Shown: positions 14,732 through 29,796 of the stretch, in pieces | Layout of the letters: every line of letters begins with the position of its first letter | Numbering within the stretch: the stretch's first letter is position 1 | Assembly: GCF_006345805.1 (NCBI RefSeq) | Contig: NC_043013.1 | Span: forward strand, 43,400,001-43,464,000 | Direction of reading: 5' to 3' | Length of the DNA stretch: 64,000 nt | From: Octopus sinensis | Lineage: Eukaryota | Program-made: the position numbers and the translations under genes | Notes under the pieces: model-generated | Told to the model about the DNA's origin: nothing | What the model saw: only the letters and a program-made list of their open reading frames with translations | The model's database searches: none

Positions 14732-14921
14732 GGTGTGTGTGTGTGTGTGTGTGTGTGTGAGTGCGTTTATGAATTTGTTTTGCAAGATTCCTGATGCGAA
14801 ATCGTGTGATGAAACATATTGTTATATTTCGGGATGGTTATTATTTTTTCTTGCCAAATAAACACACGCATTTTATATTCAGTCTTCACTCATTTATTAT
14901 AGTTCCTATTTTATGACCACT

Positions 14922-14964
14922 GTCTGGAAATCTTTCGTCACACGCCTATGACCTCTTCAGCGAC
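14922..14964 (-). ncRNA. compact hammerhead-like motif
   Basis: - strand: gucg CUGAAGA G GUCA uaggcgug UGAC GAA AGAUUU C cagac; weak stem III, bulged stem I. Confidence 0.45.
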
Positions 14965-15344
14965 TCTATTCTATATGTCGCCTCCTATTCTGTTTGGTCC
15001 GTTTTACAACAATATCATCGTTAAATAGTGTTTAGTCATAAGCGAACTTTAGGTTAGTTTAAAATATGTTTGTGATATATTTCAACTTTTAAAGGCAAAT
15101 TCACAGCAGTTATTGCGAAGAAAATATTCTCTCCTATGACAAAAAGATGTAAAACACCTTAACTGTCACGTTCTGCCTCCTGTTGGATGCCCAGACGCAT
15201 TTCTAGCTATTTAGCTGTTGTCAATGGGAAATAAGGAACTTTTTTTGCGAACAACTAAAGAAAGAAACAAATAGAAAAACAAGACAGGCAACAACAAAGA
15301 ACACATTCCTTCATCAGTTGTCCAGTGCATTATCTGCTCCGCAT

Positions 15345-15371
15345 TATATTTATATATATATATATATATAT

Positions 15372-15461
<90 letters not shown>

Positions 15462-15474
15462 CGATTATATATTA

Positions 15475-15515
<41 letters not shown>

Positions 15516-15838
15516 TATATATACATATATAATATGTATATATATATATATACATATATATATATGTTATATACTATAATACATATATATAGTATATATA
15601 TATATATACATATATAATGTATATATCTATATATAAATACATATTATATAATGTACTAATACTATATATATGTATGTATATATATATGCATATATATATG
15701 CATATATATATATATATATATATATAATATGTATATATATATCTATATATATATATGCATATATATATATATATCTATATGATATATATCTAGATATATT
15801 ATATATTATATAATACTATATATTATTATATATATATA

Positions 15839-15879
<41 letters not shown>

Positions 15880-16467
15880 CTATATATATATATATATTAT
15901 ATATATTAAAGACTTTTTAAAAGACTCCGCCGGTTACGACGACGAGGGTCCCAGTGATACGATCAACGGAACAGCTTGCTCGTGAAATTAACGTGCAAAT
16001 GGTGAGCATTCCACGACACGTGTACCCTTAACGTAGTTCTCGGGGATAATCAGCGTGACACAGAGAGTGACAAGGCTGACCCTTGAAATACAAGTACAAC
16101 TCATTTTTGCCAGCTGAGTGGACTGGAGCAGCAACGTGAAATAAAGTGTCTTGCTCAAGGACACAACGCGTCGCCGGGAATCGAACTCACAACCTTACGA
16201 TCATGAGCCGAATGCCCTAACCACTAAGCCACGCGCCCTCACTATATATGCATTATATATATATATATCATATATATATATATATATATATATAGTTATA
16301 TATATATATATATATATATATGCATAGATATTATAGTTATATATATATATATATATATGCATATATATATATATATATAATATATTATAGATTATATATA
16401 TTATATATATATATATATATAATATATATATATATAATATATATATGCATATATAATATATATGCAT

Positions 16468-16498
<31 letters not shown>

Positions 16499-16582
16499 GC
16501 ATATATATATATGCATATATATTATACATACATATATAATATTATATACATATATATATATGTATTATTTATATATATATAA

Positions 16583-16636
<54 letters not shown>

Positions 16637-16690
16637 TATGTGTGTGTGTATGTGTGTGTGGTGTGTGTGTGTGTGTTGTGTGTGTTGAAA
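15345..16690. repeat. long degenerate (AT)n arrays flanking a SINE
   Basis: Direct reading. Confidence 0.95.
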
Positions 16691-17578
16691 TCGTGACAGT
16701 GTTCCAGATTGATGTATTATATTAAAACAAAATTTCATCATATTTCCTTGTTTGTCTTCCTTGTTTAGTTTGGTGATGAGACCTAGAATATTTTACCATG
16801 TTAATGAATTTAGAACATCATTGTTCCAAACTAAACATATATATAGGCCAACGACTTTTACATTGCAGTGAAAACGTGACACCTTGGGAGGAAACAAAAG
16901 CTTCGCAGGTGACGAGTTATAAAAGTGAGCTGCACGTCCCACGCCCTACAACTCTCACTAGCTCTAATTCTGTTCTCTTACAACATCATTAGTGGAGGTT
17001 GTAGGGTGTGGAACGTTGTCTCACAGTTGCTGACAGTAAACTTCATTTCTCCCTCTGACCAAAGGTTCTAGCTGGTCAGCCAGACTTCGTTCTCACCGAA
17101 GTGACTAACTGGTGGAGTCGTCACCATGTGACTGGACTCGTTGAGTTGTCACCGACTGACTTTTGCTTGGGGTGTTCTTGCTTTTATAACTATCCAGAAG
17201 GATAGATATATCATTGAGAAAAACCATTGTTCCATCGTGGGAAAAGTTCTGTTGCAGTGTTAATTTAAATTTGGCTATGGCGGATCGAATTCACTTCATG
17301 CTTGCAAGAATCCAGTACACACATATTCCCAAACCAGCTGCTGCTATGGCATTATTTTGCCAACAAGACCTGTCGAGATCTCTATCTGTTGCTGTTTATA
17401 AGTAGATAAAACTATAAATTAGATACAACTAATTTTTATTGCTATATCTCTGAACGACCTTTTACATTCGTTTGTGAGTCTTAATGGGAAAATTGTTATT
17501 TCTAGTGGCAAAATTTTGTTTTATTTATAGTAGAATCCTCTGCTGCTATAAATGTTCGTCTAATTAGCGTTAATGATA

Positions 17579-18375
17579 TGAGGTGCATTCCAGAAGGGTT
17601 GAGACTTTTCTTAGGAGAGGCAGTTATAACTGTCCTAGATTGCTGTAATTTTAGTATATCGTTACCATACATGTAATAAGCTCGCCTGCTAATTTTTTCA
17701 ATTTCAGATTGAAGGAGACGATCGTAACAGCATTTGAACACACCCTACTAAGCGTTGCTTTTCATAACTGACTAGTTGGCAGAATGCAGTCGGGACGGGA
17801 AGACAATGCGGAAGCTCGCTACCCAATAAAGTTTTGTGTTAAATTGAGCAAAAACTCTACAAAATCTTATAAAACGTTCCAGATTGCTTACAGATGAACT
17901 TTCGCTGGTACAAGATATTCAAGCACGGTAGAGAGGAGGTAAAAGACGATGAGAGAGGGCGGAATGTCAGACCATTAGAGCTAGTTGAGAAATTTCGCAG
18001 TTTTCAAGATCGCCGTCTGTCTATAAAGACAAAAAGCATATAGTTTGGAGTTGGTGTGACAGCTGTACACAGAATTATTTATGAAGATCTGAACATGGGC
18101 AAAATTTGTTCTCAGGGTACTCAGTGATGGACAGAAAGAAAGACGCGTTAGGAAAGACCCCCAGGGAGATGGTTGAGATCATTATCTCAAATCCAAGAGT
18201 GCTCGAGTCTCGGTGACCTGTGACAAAAGCTGGATCTACAGTTATGATCCAGAGACCTAGAGACAGTGCCCAATGAAAGCATCCTGGTTCTCCCAGACCC
18301 AAGAAGTCCAGGTAAAGCAAATTCACCGAGAAGCTCATGATCTCCTTTTCCATAGCAAGGACATCATCTATATCC
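17579..18375 (+). mobile_element. decayed mariner transposase remnant (5' two-thirds)
   Basis: TIR-like tgaggtgcattccagaaggg; fragments RYPIKFCVKL, EEVKDDER, VTCDKSWIYSYDPET, KHPGSPRPKKSR with many frameshifts. Confidence 0.75.
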
Positions 18376-18640
18376 TTATCCACTTGGTGTCTTCTAGGTG
18401 TTTGATCGTTACTTAGATGTTTAATCGCTAGGCTACTGTATACACTCTAACCCAGAATTCTCTCCTTTTGCCTCGAGAGGCAATATATGAGTTTCTTAGA
18501 AAATAAGTTTTGTAAAATTAGTGGTTTGAACCGTAGAGGAGTTAAAGTATGAGTTGGGGTGCTTCTGTTAATAGAATGTTTAAAAAATCTAACGTTATGA
18601 TCGGGGTATGATGGCAGACATTGAAGTCGGTCGTCTGAAT

Positions 18641-19000
18641 CAGCGGTTCCCAAACTTATCTTAGAACGGAACCTTTTTTTTTTATAATTCTAACAAAAAT
18701 TGCGAAAACCATACCTATATTTTGAAGATAAACCCTTCACCTTGATTTTAATAAAACATAAAATATAACAAAAAGTATTTGAAAGAAAATTCAGTCACAA
18801 AAAAAAAACAAAAAAAACATTCAATTTATCTTATGAAACAAACTGCGAACATCATTTGTTTTACAACTTTTATTAATTCGTTTTAAAAGATACTTTATAT
18901 CGCCAAACATCAGAATTTTTTCTCAGAACTTTCGGCTAAACTATAAAAGTTTGCTCCAATATCAGATTTAAGATTATCGTTAAATCGTTAGACCACGATG
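18641..19000 (-). mobile_element. hAT (Charlie-like) terminal fragment
   Basis: CAGCGGTTCCCAAAC TIR-like end at 18641 followed by an AT-rich subterminal region. Confidence 0.45.
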
Positions 19001-20624
19001 AACTTTGGCCCGAGGTTTAAAAGCTTGAAATTGTGTTGGGTGAAAGCAAACCAGTCAGACCCACGACAAGTAGTTAAATAGCAACGATAATAGACTGTGG
19101 ATCGTTGATGGTTGTAGTCGAGCTGGTGCGATTGTCAAAGTTATTATAATAGCAAAGAAAAAGAAATCTGTATAATAGTGCTTACTTTGAATCTGAAGGA
19201 ATTTGTGTGTGAGATGTTTTCTTATCATGAGATGTTTTCTTGTCAGTCAATTGTTGTAGCATTTGTGACTAGCAGCTGGTAAATATGGTAGTGAAATGCC
19301 AAGAAGTATGTCGCGTTTTAATTTCAAGTGTGACATAGTTTGTCTGTATTTAGAGTTGTGTATGAAGATGTCGCAGACAATTTAAAACCATGAATCTGCT
19401 TATGAAAGTTACAGGTTTGGTGAGGCAAAGAGGTAAAATAGAACTATCCAAGGAAATACTGTTATCATTGGTATTTATATATACACAACCCCTCAATCTG
19501 TAACTAGTTTAGTAAGTGCTAATACACGAAACTTTCGGCCCTTGAGTCACTCTGTTACTTCTGCTAAATATTTGTTACTGATTTTCGCATAAGGCCAGCA
19601 ATTTCGGAGGGAGAGGCTAAGTCGATAGCTTCGACCTCACCCAGTGTCCAACTGATATTTTATCGACCCCGAAAGAATAAAAGGCAAAGTCGACCTCGGC
19701 AGAAATTTGAACTCAGAACATAAGGACGGACGAAATACCGCTAAGCATATTGTTCGCTGTGCTAACGGTTCTGCCATCTCACCACCTTACTTCTGCTAAA
19801 TATTGGTTTCAAATTTTGGCAAAAAGTCAGCAAATTTGGAGGAGGGCTTAAGTCGATTACATCAACCCCAGTGCTCAACTGGTACTTATTTTGTCGACAC
19901 ATAAGGGAAGAAAAGGCAAAGTCGACTTCGGAGGAATTTGAACTCAGAACGTACAGTTGGACGAAACGCCGCTAAGCATTTTGCCCGGCGTGCTAACGTT
20001 TCTTTATTGCCCACAGAGGGGACAAACAAGGACAGGCAATGGGATTAAGTCGATTATATCGACCCCAGGGTTTCACTGATACTTACTTCATCAACCTCGA
20101 AAGGATGAAAGACAAAGTCGACCTCGGCAGAATTTGAACTCAGAACGAGACGGCAGACGAAATACATATTTCTTTACTACCCACAAGGGACTGAACATAG
20201 AGTGGACAAACAAGGACAGACAAACGGATTAAGCCGATTACATCGACCCCAGTGCGTAAGTGGTACTTAATTTATCGACCCCGAAAGGATGAAAGGCAAA
20301 GTCGACATCGGTGGAATTTGAACTCAGAACACAAAGACAGACGAAATAATACTAAGCATGTCGCCCGGCGTGCTAACGTTTCTGCCAGCTCACCACCTTA
20401 TTTCCGCTAAATATTAATAAGAATATGCTTATGGATGTCGGAGAGTCTTCATGGTTTACCAAACTAAAATCTTTTGGTATCTAAATGCTCTTGACTGTTT
20501 CTTCAAACCCGAGCTATTGAAAAATAAAGGCGAAAATGTTTGGCCAATCTTTTAGGCTTCCGTTTCTTAATTTCCAACTTGCATTGTCGCAGATTTCTAA
20601 AACCATTTTAAAGATCTAAATGCG

Positions 20625-22095
<1,471 letters not shown>

Positions 22096-22255
22096 TGCGC
22101 GCTCGAACACTTGGTGTATTGGAGACAAACTAACTTCATGTTCAGCGGATGCACAGGCGTAGTTAGGCAGTGAGAGCACACGTGAAACAGATTCTTTTAA
22201 ATATTTAGAAGATTCCCTTGAAGTAAATTATAGATTCAGTTACCCAGTAACCTAA

Positions 22256-22640
22256 TTACATTAGCAGTGGAAGCGGGTGTTCGGAAAGTATTTTAAGTAG
22301 GGTAAGAACGGGATGTGATGTAGTCAGGAAGCAGTTAATTCTGCCGCTTATGGAAGGGATTCTGCCTCGAAGAGAAAGGCGGATTGCGTGGTTGTGTATG
22401 AGATACAAGAGTAGAGAAGATGAGAGGAGGCGATGGGAGCGGTCCGTCACGGGAGATGCTCTTATAGGTGTAACGTGAAAGAGATGAAATTCCACAGGGT
22501 CGTGCAGGTTCTTCAGATGTTGGCTCCCATCAACACATCACAGGAAATTGCGCAAACAGTTCAAGAACACAGGAGGTTGATCGGATAAAGTAATGACTCC
22601 AAAAAGTTCAGCCAAGACCATGCGAGTAACACAAGAGAGA
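22256..22640 (-). mobile_element. L2/CR1-group LINE 3' remnant
   Basis: Decayed DLHD..EFHLFHV...SHNHA...IP..S...WN-type RT C-terminal signature. Confidence 0.5.
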
Positions 22641-23269
22641 GAGGGGGAGAGATTCTACTTTTATCGCACAAGTAACTCTTTTTTACTTGTTTCAGTCATT
22701 TGACTGCGGTCATGCTGGAGCACCGCCTTTAGTAGAGCAAATCGACCCCAGGACTTAGTCTTTGTAAGCCTAGTACTTATTCTATCGGTCTCTTTTTGCC
22801 GAACCACTAAGTTATGGTGACATAAACACACCAGCATCGGTTGTCAAGCGATGTTCGGGGACAAACACAGACACACAAACATATACACACACACATAGAT
22901 ACATATATGCATATATACGACAGGCTTCTTTCAGTTTCCGTCTACCAAATCCACTCACAAGGCTTTGGTCGACCCGAGGCTATAATAGAAGACACTTGCC
23001 CAAGGTGCCACGGGGTGGGACTGAACCCGGAACCATATGGTTGGTACACAAGCTACTTACCACACAGCCACTCCGAATTTTTTTTAATTGCTGAAAAAGT
23101 GTCAATTTTGAAAAATGTGCTGGTGGAGTGGTCACTCCCTTTGCTCCACGTTAGCTACTCCACTGGTGTTCTAGGCGGCACACACCTTAGCTACGTCACT
23201 AAAATGCAATGTTGCATTATAGCGAAACGTTCGCAAGAATTTAGTAAAATAAGTGTTTGGGACTTAAAT

Positions 23270-23720
23270 TAGCATGAAATTTTGAAGGAAGGTTTAAACA
23301 AGAAATGCGTATCGTAGAACCAGAGACGGTCGTTGAACGGGGTCAGTATTAAAAGGGCTGGATGGGGAGGATGTTCGAAGGCTAAAGAAATGGGATGAGC
23401 ATGCTTCACTCGATGTGTGGTGTTTAGGGTACATGAAAGACGGAGTACCAATGAACAGAGAGAAAAAGCTAGATGTATGAAGAACGAGACGTGGTGTATA
23501 AGAGAAAAGACTGAGCTTGTATGGACATGTAATGCACATGGAAGGGTGATTGGTGAGTAAAGAATTGGCAAGAGATCCAAAAGGAACATAAAGGAAGAAG
23601 TGGTAAAAAAAATTGTTTCTGGAGACGACAAAGAATAACATCATGTGGCAGAACATTGTGCTGGAGAAGACCAGTTCAACCCATGCGAGCGGGGGAAAAC
23701 GTACGTAAAATAAAATGATT
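23270..23720 (+). mobile_element. RTE-clade LINE 3' remnant
   Basis: LSLYGHVMHM (LRWYGHV.RM motif), then an acccatgc...gaaaacgtacgtaaa tail. Confidence 0.55.
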
Positions 23721-23866
23721 TCTTATACATAGGCACAAAAGGTTTGAGTGTGTGATTTAAAATGGTTGCAGTCCAATGATCGAAACAAGTAAAAGATAAA
23801 AGATAAACATAATAGGCGTGTGTGTGTGTGTGTGTGTGTGTGTTTGTGTGAGTGTGTGTGTGTGTG

Positions 23867-23910
<44 letters not shown>

Positions 23911-25131
23911 AATATCATCATCTGAAGTCTAAACGATAAAATTTACACGAAGAACCCCATCCACAAAGAATATTGTTGCTAAACAGGAACTACATACTCT
24001 TTTACTCTTTACTCTCTTTTACTTCTTTCAGTCATTTGACTGCGGCCATGCTGGAACACCGCCTTTAGTCGAGCAAATCGACCCCAGGACTTATTCTTTG
24101 GAAGCCTAGTACTTATTCTATCGGTCGCTTTTGCCGAACTGCTAAAATACGGGAACGTAAACACACCAGCATCCGTTGTGAAGCAATGCTTGGGGGACAA
24201 ACACAGACACACAACCACACACACGCATATATATATATATATACATATATACGACGGGTTTCTTTCAGTTTCCGTCTACCAAACCCACTCACAAGGCTAT
24301 GGTCAGCCCGAAGCTATAGTAGAAAACACTTGTCCAAGGTGCCACGCAGTGGGACTGAACCCGGAACTATGTGGTTGGTAAGCAAGCTACTTACCACACA
24401 GCCACTCCTACACCTATAAATTTTTTTATTGAGGAAACGTATTTAAAAAGGCCAGTGTATTGCTTTCCCATTTTATAAATAAATACCACCTTTTTTTTTT
24501 GTTTTTTTTTTTTGCTTTTTTTAGTTTTTCTCTAAACTCTACGGGGATTTCCTTGTGGCAGATATGGTTGTGGGGTTATGAAGTGCACTTCCGGAATCAT
24601 GTTGTTCTGGTTTCGATCCTACTGTATACAACCTTGAAAAGCAAATGTCTTCTACCATGGTGAGGGGTTGACTAAAGCTTTGTGAGAGAAATTTGGTTGA
24701 CGAAAACTATACAGAAGTCTGTTGGAATGTGTGTGTGTGTTGTGGTGTTTGGGTGTATGGGCAAAGGAATGCAAAAATGTCTTGAAAGGAATGCAAAAAT
24801 GACATAATCGTTTTATTAATAAAGGTCAATCAAATTGCACATGTTGGTAGAGTAACTCTTCCTCTATACAAAATTTCCACCACAAGAAAAGCATTTGCAC
24901 TATTACTCTTTACTCTTTTACTCGTTTCAGTCATTTGAGTGCGGCCATGCTGGCGTACCGCCTTTAGTCGAGCAAATCGACCCCAGGACTTATTCTTTGG
25001 AAGCCTAGTACTTATTCTATCGGTCTCTCTTGCCGAACCGCGAAGTTGCGGAGACGTAAACACTCCAGCATCGGTTGTCGAGCGATGTTGATGGGACAAA
25101 CACAGACACACAAACATATGCACACACATAC

Positions 25132-25165
<34 letters not shown>

Positions 25166-25190
25166 TAATATATATATATATATATATAAT

Positions 25191-25636
25191 ATAATATAAG
25201 GGATATTAGCCAACCGAATATGGCTAGGGACAGGGCAGGGTGGTGGGGGTGTCACTGTTGCATTTAGCCCCAGGCGAACATCAACGTCACCAGATAGGCC
25301 TGATGCCATCACGGCGTCCTCTATCTTGCAAAGGGAGGTCATCCACCAAGAAGCGGATACCACACACGGACCTAGGTTTCAAGGTGTATTGCCTATTATC
25401 AACGTGTGGTAGGCATCGCTTCTCGATGAACGACCAACTGTGCAAGATATATATAAGGATTTTCAAGTAAATACATTTACTGATTTCGAAAATCTGTTCG
25501 ACAGCAATAATAATTCTCTAAATGAGATATAGACAGTGACTGCTCCATAATATAAGGGATATTAGCCAACCGAATATGGCTAGGGACAGGGCAGGGTGGT
25601 GGGGGTGTCACTGTTGCATTTAGCCCCAGGCGAACA
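25191..25636. repeat. 90-bp perfect direct repeat (25191-25280, 25547-25636) around a 266-bp spacer
   Basis: Both copies read base for base as identical; each contains GGGACAGGGCAGGGTGGTGGGGG. Confidence 0.9.
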
Positions 25637-25859
25637 CATGTCACCATATACCATTCACCCTTCTGCTCCTTCCCATCTACTCCTTCCCTCAGGTATTAAT
25701 ACGCGCCATTTGAAATCATCTAAAAGTCTCTCCATCTCCAACTAAAATCCTAACACAAGATTTTCTAATATAACTACACAAACCTGAATACAAACACATA
25801 AAAGATATTCTTGTATGCAAGCAAACTGAAAGACCCTTCCCTTTATCATTTTTATATTT

Positions 25860-26264
25860 TACTAGCAGTATCGCCCGGCGTTGCTCGGGTTTGTAAGGGA
25901 AATAACTATATAAGCATTTTTAGAGATGTAAAGTATAATAACCATCTCAACATGGTTAACCACAAAGGGAGGGGGGCGGGTGTTACTGTAGCTTTTTACG
26001 TTCTGAGATTTAATAATAAATTTTTAGAGAGTTACTTCCCTTATATATGCCAAAAATGCATTAAAAATGGGAAAAATTGATGGTAATTTTTTTTTTAATC
26101 GTAGACTCATCGTAGACGCGCGCTAATACCCAGAAGGGCTCGATATAAATCATGACTATAAGATACCCGGTTTTGGTTAAACTGCACCGCAAAATGTGGG
26201 AGTAGTTAGGAATCAAAATCGTAGGAGACAGACGGCACACAACCTCACTTTTATATATAAAGAT
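25860..26264 (+). mobile_element. non-autonomous Helitron/Helentron-like element (Lep1-like termini)
   Basis: 5' TACTAGCAGTATCGCCCGGCGTTGCTCGGG hairpin; 3' cacttttatatataaagat. A similar 3' end occurs near 43825-43845. Family call is by recalled resemblance. Confidence 0.55.
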
Positions 26265-27052
26265 TTCATTTTTTTAATGTTTTTTTTATTCTATTTTATT
26301 TTTGTCCCCATTTTCATATATGAATATATACACACCTTCTATATCAGCCCCACTTTAGAACACGTCTAGGACAGAACTGGAAGATATTTTATAAGCAATT
26401 ACCGAACAAACTCTACTTCTAGAAAAGAGGAATTTTAAAATTCCTATATACCAATCAAATTTCTTATAGAACAATGGACACATAGACATATAAACATACA
26501 ATCTCTTCTCAAATGTTTTTGTGAACATCAACCTACAAGAGAAACAATTTTCTATACTAACAAACTCATGACACACCCAACTCCAACTTTACAAATGGAA
26601 ACAAGAATTACCCTAAACAACAAAAAGTAAAGAAATGACCAGCCTAAACTTACCATCGACCTACATTCTTTGGTGAAAACTAAGTTAACACACCCAATTA
26701 CTAAGTGCTTAAATACTGGACTTTGTACCTTTGACCTTTATATTGTTGAAAGGTTGAAACCCAATAATACCAAAAGTAACAAAACTACTCTCACAACTCC
26801 TGTTCACTCAACAAAAGAGAAACACCTAAGGGCTTATTTACAAAGTTCTATGTGCATTAATAAATTCTAAACAATAGGTGCAGAAGTGGATGTGTGGTAA
26901 GTAGCTTGCTTACCAACCACATGGTTCGGGGTTCAGTCCCACTGTGTGGCACCTTGGGCAAGAGTCTTCTACTATAGCCTTGGGCCAACCAAAGCCTTGT
27001 GAGTGGATTTGTTAGACGGAAACTGAAAAGAAGCCCGTCGTATATATGTATA

Positions 27053-27437
27053 TAGGGTTAAGTATATGATAACCCTAACCCTAACCCTAACTCTAAAACC
27101 CTAACCCTAAAACCCTAACTCTAAAACCTTAAAACCAGTACAAACACACGAACGATGTCATATATAGCAGTGACAAAGGAAAAATACACCACTGATAGTT
27201 GTTGTTGACAAACAACGGCAGTAATTTTATTCAGCTGAATACACGGCATTGATTGGTTGAAATTACTGAAATACGACAACTTTTAGGTGAAATTACTTTG
27301 AAAATATAAGTTTTTCTCGAAAATGCTGAGAGTAAAATACGTTTTATATGATACATTCTACCAGTGCCCGAAGTTTGAAAGTGTTTAGTTACAAGAAATT
27401 ATTTTTCAAATCTGTCGGTCAAAAGGTAAAGATCCAA
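27053..27437. repeat. dispersed repeat carrying degenerate (TAACCC)n; related segments near 43355-43560 and 48287-48370
   Basis: (TAACCC)n-like run at 27070-27135; shared ggatcttt..c.tttgacc...aaacttcg..actggtag core in three places. Confidence 0.6.
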
Positions 27438-27666
27438 GAGGTTTAGTGATTCACCCTGTCATTGCCACTGGCTTGTGCCTGTGAATAAGTTCCTTAAATT
27501 TCAATGGTTAAGTAAAGTGATGGCATGAAATAGTTGCGTATTCAAGAAATGAAATCACAATGAAATTAAGTTGTGGGACCCTTGTATGAGAACCTTTATG
27601 TAGGAGAGTGCCAGAAAAAGGGAGAGAACAAGAGCAAATATACTGAATTATGTCAGTTACATAGGT

Positions 27667-27885
27667 CAGTGCTTTTCAAACTTTTTGCTGGAGCGGAACC
27701 CCAAGGAAACATTCCACTGGCTCAAGGAACCCCTGTGCAATAATTTAATAGTCTTATGCACTCATATCTGCACAGGAGAATTAAAAATTACTGCCGATTT
27801 TAGCAGTTTTGTAACTTCTTGCGGTATCCCTGGACTGTACTGGCGGAACCCTAAGGTTCCGCGGAACCCTGGTTGAAAACCACTG
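27667..27885 (+). mobile_element. 219-bp hAT MITE, copy 1
   Basis: TIRs CAGTGCTTTTCAA / TTGAAAACCACTG; perfect 8-bp TSD ACATAGGT at 27659-27666 and 27886-27893. Confidence 0.92.
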
Positions 27886-28029
27886 ACATAGGTAAAGTGA
27901 TCTTTAAAAACCATGGGAGAAGGGGAAATAATTGAAGGGAGGAGATCAGAATTGTGAAGTGTCTCCCCTGTTTTTCTCTCCTTCTGGTTCTCTTTCACAC
28001 CCTTTCTTCCTCTTTCTCAGCCAGTGAAC

Positions 28030-28068
<39 letters not shown>

Positions 28069-28453
28069 GTGTGTGTGTGCATGAATAGCTCTTACTCTTT
28101 TTCTCTCTTAATAACTTTCCATCATGCTTCAGATTCGTATGACAAGAGAAAGAAGACGGGCAAGGAAGGGAGAGTTGGGGAGAAGGATTGCCAGAGGGGA
28201 GGAGAAGAGGAGGACGAGGAGTAGAATAGGGAGGGGGAGGAGAGATAGGGGATTCTTTGCCAACAGGGGCCAGGAGTGGTAACCTTCATTGGTAAGAGTC
28301 AAATGATCACTATCTACACCAGCAAGTATCAATCGTCATGGCCCTCCAGAGCAAGATTCTGCCATGGTGGTCTGCTTTTAGTACTACAACAATCAGTCGT
28401 AAGGGCTTACATTGTCAACATTTAATACTGACGAAACGAAGCATCTTCCAGGC

Positions 28454-28671
28454 CAGTGGTTTCCAACCAGGGTTCCGCGGAACCTTAGGGTTCTGCCAGT
28501 ACAGTCCAGGGATACCGCAAGAAGTTACAAAACTGCTAAAATCAGCAGTAATTTTTAATTCTCCTGTGCAGATATGTGTGCATAAGACTATTAAATTATT
28601 GCACAGGGGTTCCTCGAACCAGTGGAATGTTTCCTTGGGGTCCGCTCCAGCAAAGAGTTTGAAAAGCACTA
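28454..28671 (-). mobile_element. 218-bp hAT MITE, copy 2 (inverted relative to copy 1)
   Basis: Reverse complement of copy 1 with few differences; perfect 8-bp TSD TTCCAGGC at 28446-28453 and 28672-28679. Confidence 0.92.
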
Positions 28672-28999
28672 TTCCAGGCAATTGTTTGGGTGTTTCTATT
28701 CCACTTGAAGAATAGGACTTATTCAAAAACATAATTTTGCACACATCATTAGCATACAAACACATATTTAAGATAGTGCAGCTTCCCACACACGCCCACC
28801 AACACATACACCCCCACCCACACATCCATACACACACACACACAACAAACACACATATATATATATATTGGACAGCATCCAAAAACGCCATGTAACTGGT
28901 AGACAAACCTCTCTTCATAGATGCACTGCAACCACCTACTTACTGATGATGATGATGATGATGGTGATAATGATAATGATAGTGGGAGACTCCACTCTT

Positions 29000-29082
29000 T
29001 CAGCACCTCCACCTCCTCCTCCTCCTCCTCCTCCTCCTACTACTACTACTACTACTACTACTAACTACTACTACTACTGCTG

Positions 29083-29135
<53 letters not shown>

Positions 29136-29166
29136 GCTGCTACTACTACTACTGCTGCTGCTGCTG

Positions 29167-29213
<47 letters not shown>

Positions 29214-29241
29214 GCTACTACTACTACTACTGCTGCTGCTG

Positions 29242-29297
<56 letters not shown>

Positions 29298-29321
29298 GCT
29301 ACTACTACTACTACTATGCTG

Positions 29322-29361
<40 letters not shown>

Positions 29362-29395
29362 TACTACTATTACTACTACAACTACTACTATTGCC
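29000..29395. repeat. (CCT)n/(ACT)n/(GCT)n trinucleotide tract
   Basis: Direct reading. Confidence 0.95.
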
Positions 29396-29573
29396 GCTTC
29401 TAGCTTCTATCGTTGTCAGGACAGCTTTTTGCTTCTCTTAATTCACCCACCCTATCTTCCCCACCAATGTCTCCACCTGTTGCGTCTCATTTTACTCTCT
29501 TTATTTACCTCACAGTCTTCACAATACCTGACACCCCCCCACACACACACATACATACCCAATCTCCCCTGTC

Positions 29574-29604
<31 letters not shown>

Positions 29605-29729
29605 CTCTCGCTCTCTCTCTCTCTCTCACACAACCACTTCCAATTAATCAGATTTGTTCAAATTGGGTCCTTTCAGAGTAATCTGAATGCTAAAGGATTA
29701 AACTTGCCCTTGATTGTCATTGCAGATAA

Positions 29730-29796
<67 letters not shown>

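Noticed and set aside
15230-15325. - strand CUGAUGA-AGGAA motif
   Set aside because: No correctly placed GAAA or stem III.
17291-17385. Possible - strand terminal exon (D-RDLDRSCWQNNAIAAAGLGICVYWILASMK*), phase-compatible with the 32410 donor
   Set aside because: No similarity to the expected SLC7 C-terminus (T..LQ.L.EV.P) and a weak pyrimidine tract; phase match has a 1-in-3 chance. Worth only a junction-read check.
28868-29647. 259-aa ORF with poly-Tyr/Cys/Thr
   Set aside because: Translation of (ACT)n/(GCT)n/(CT)n microsatellites; no splice or homology support.
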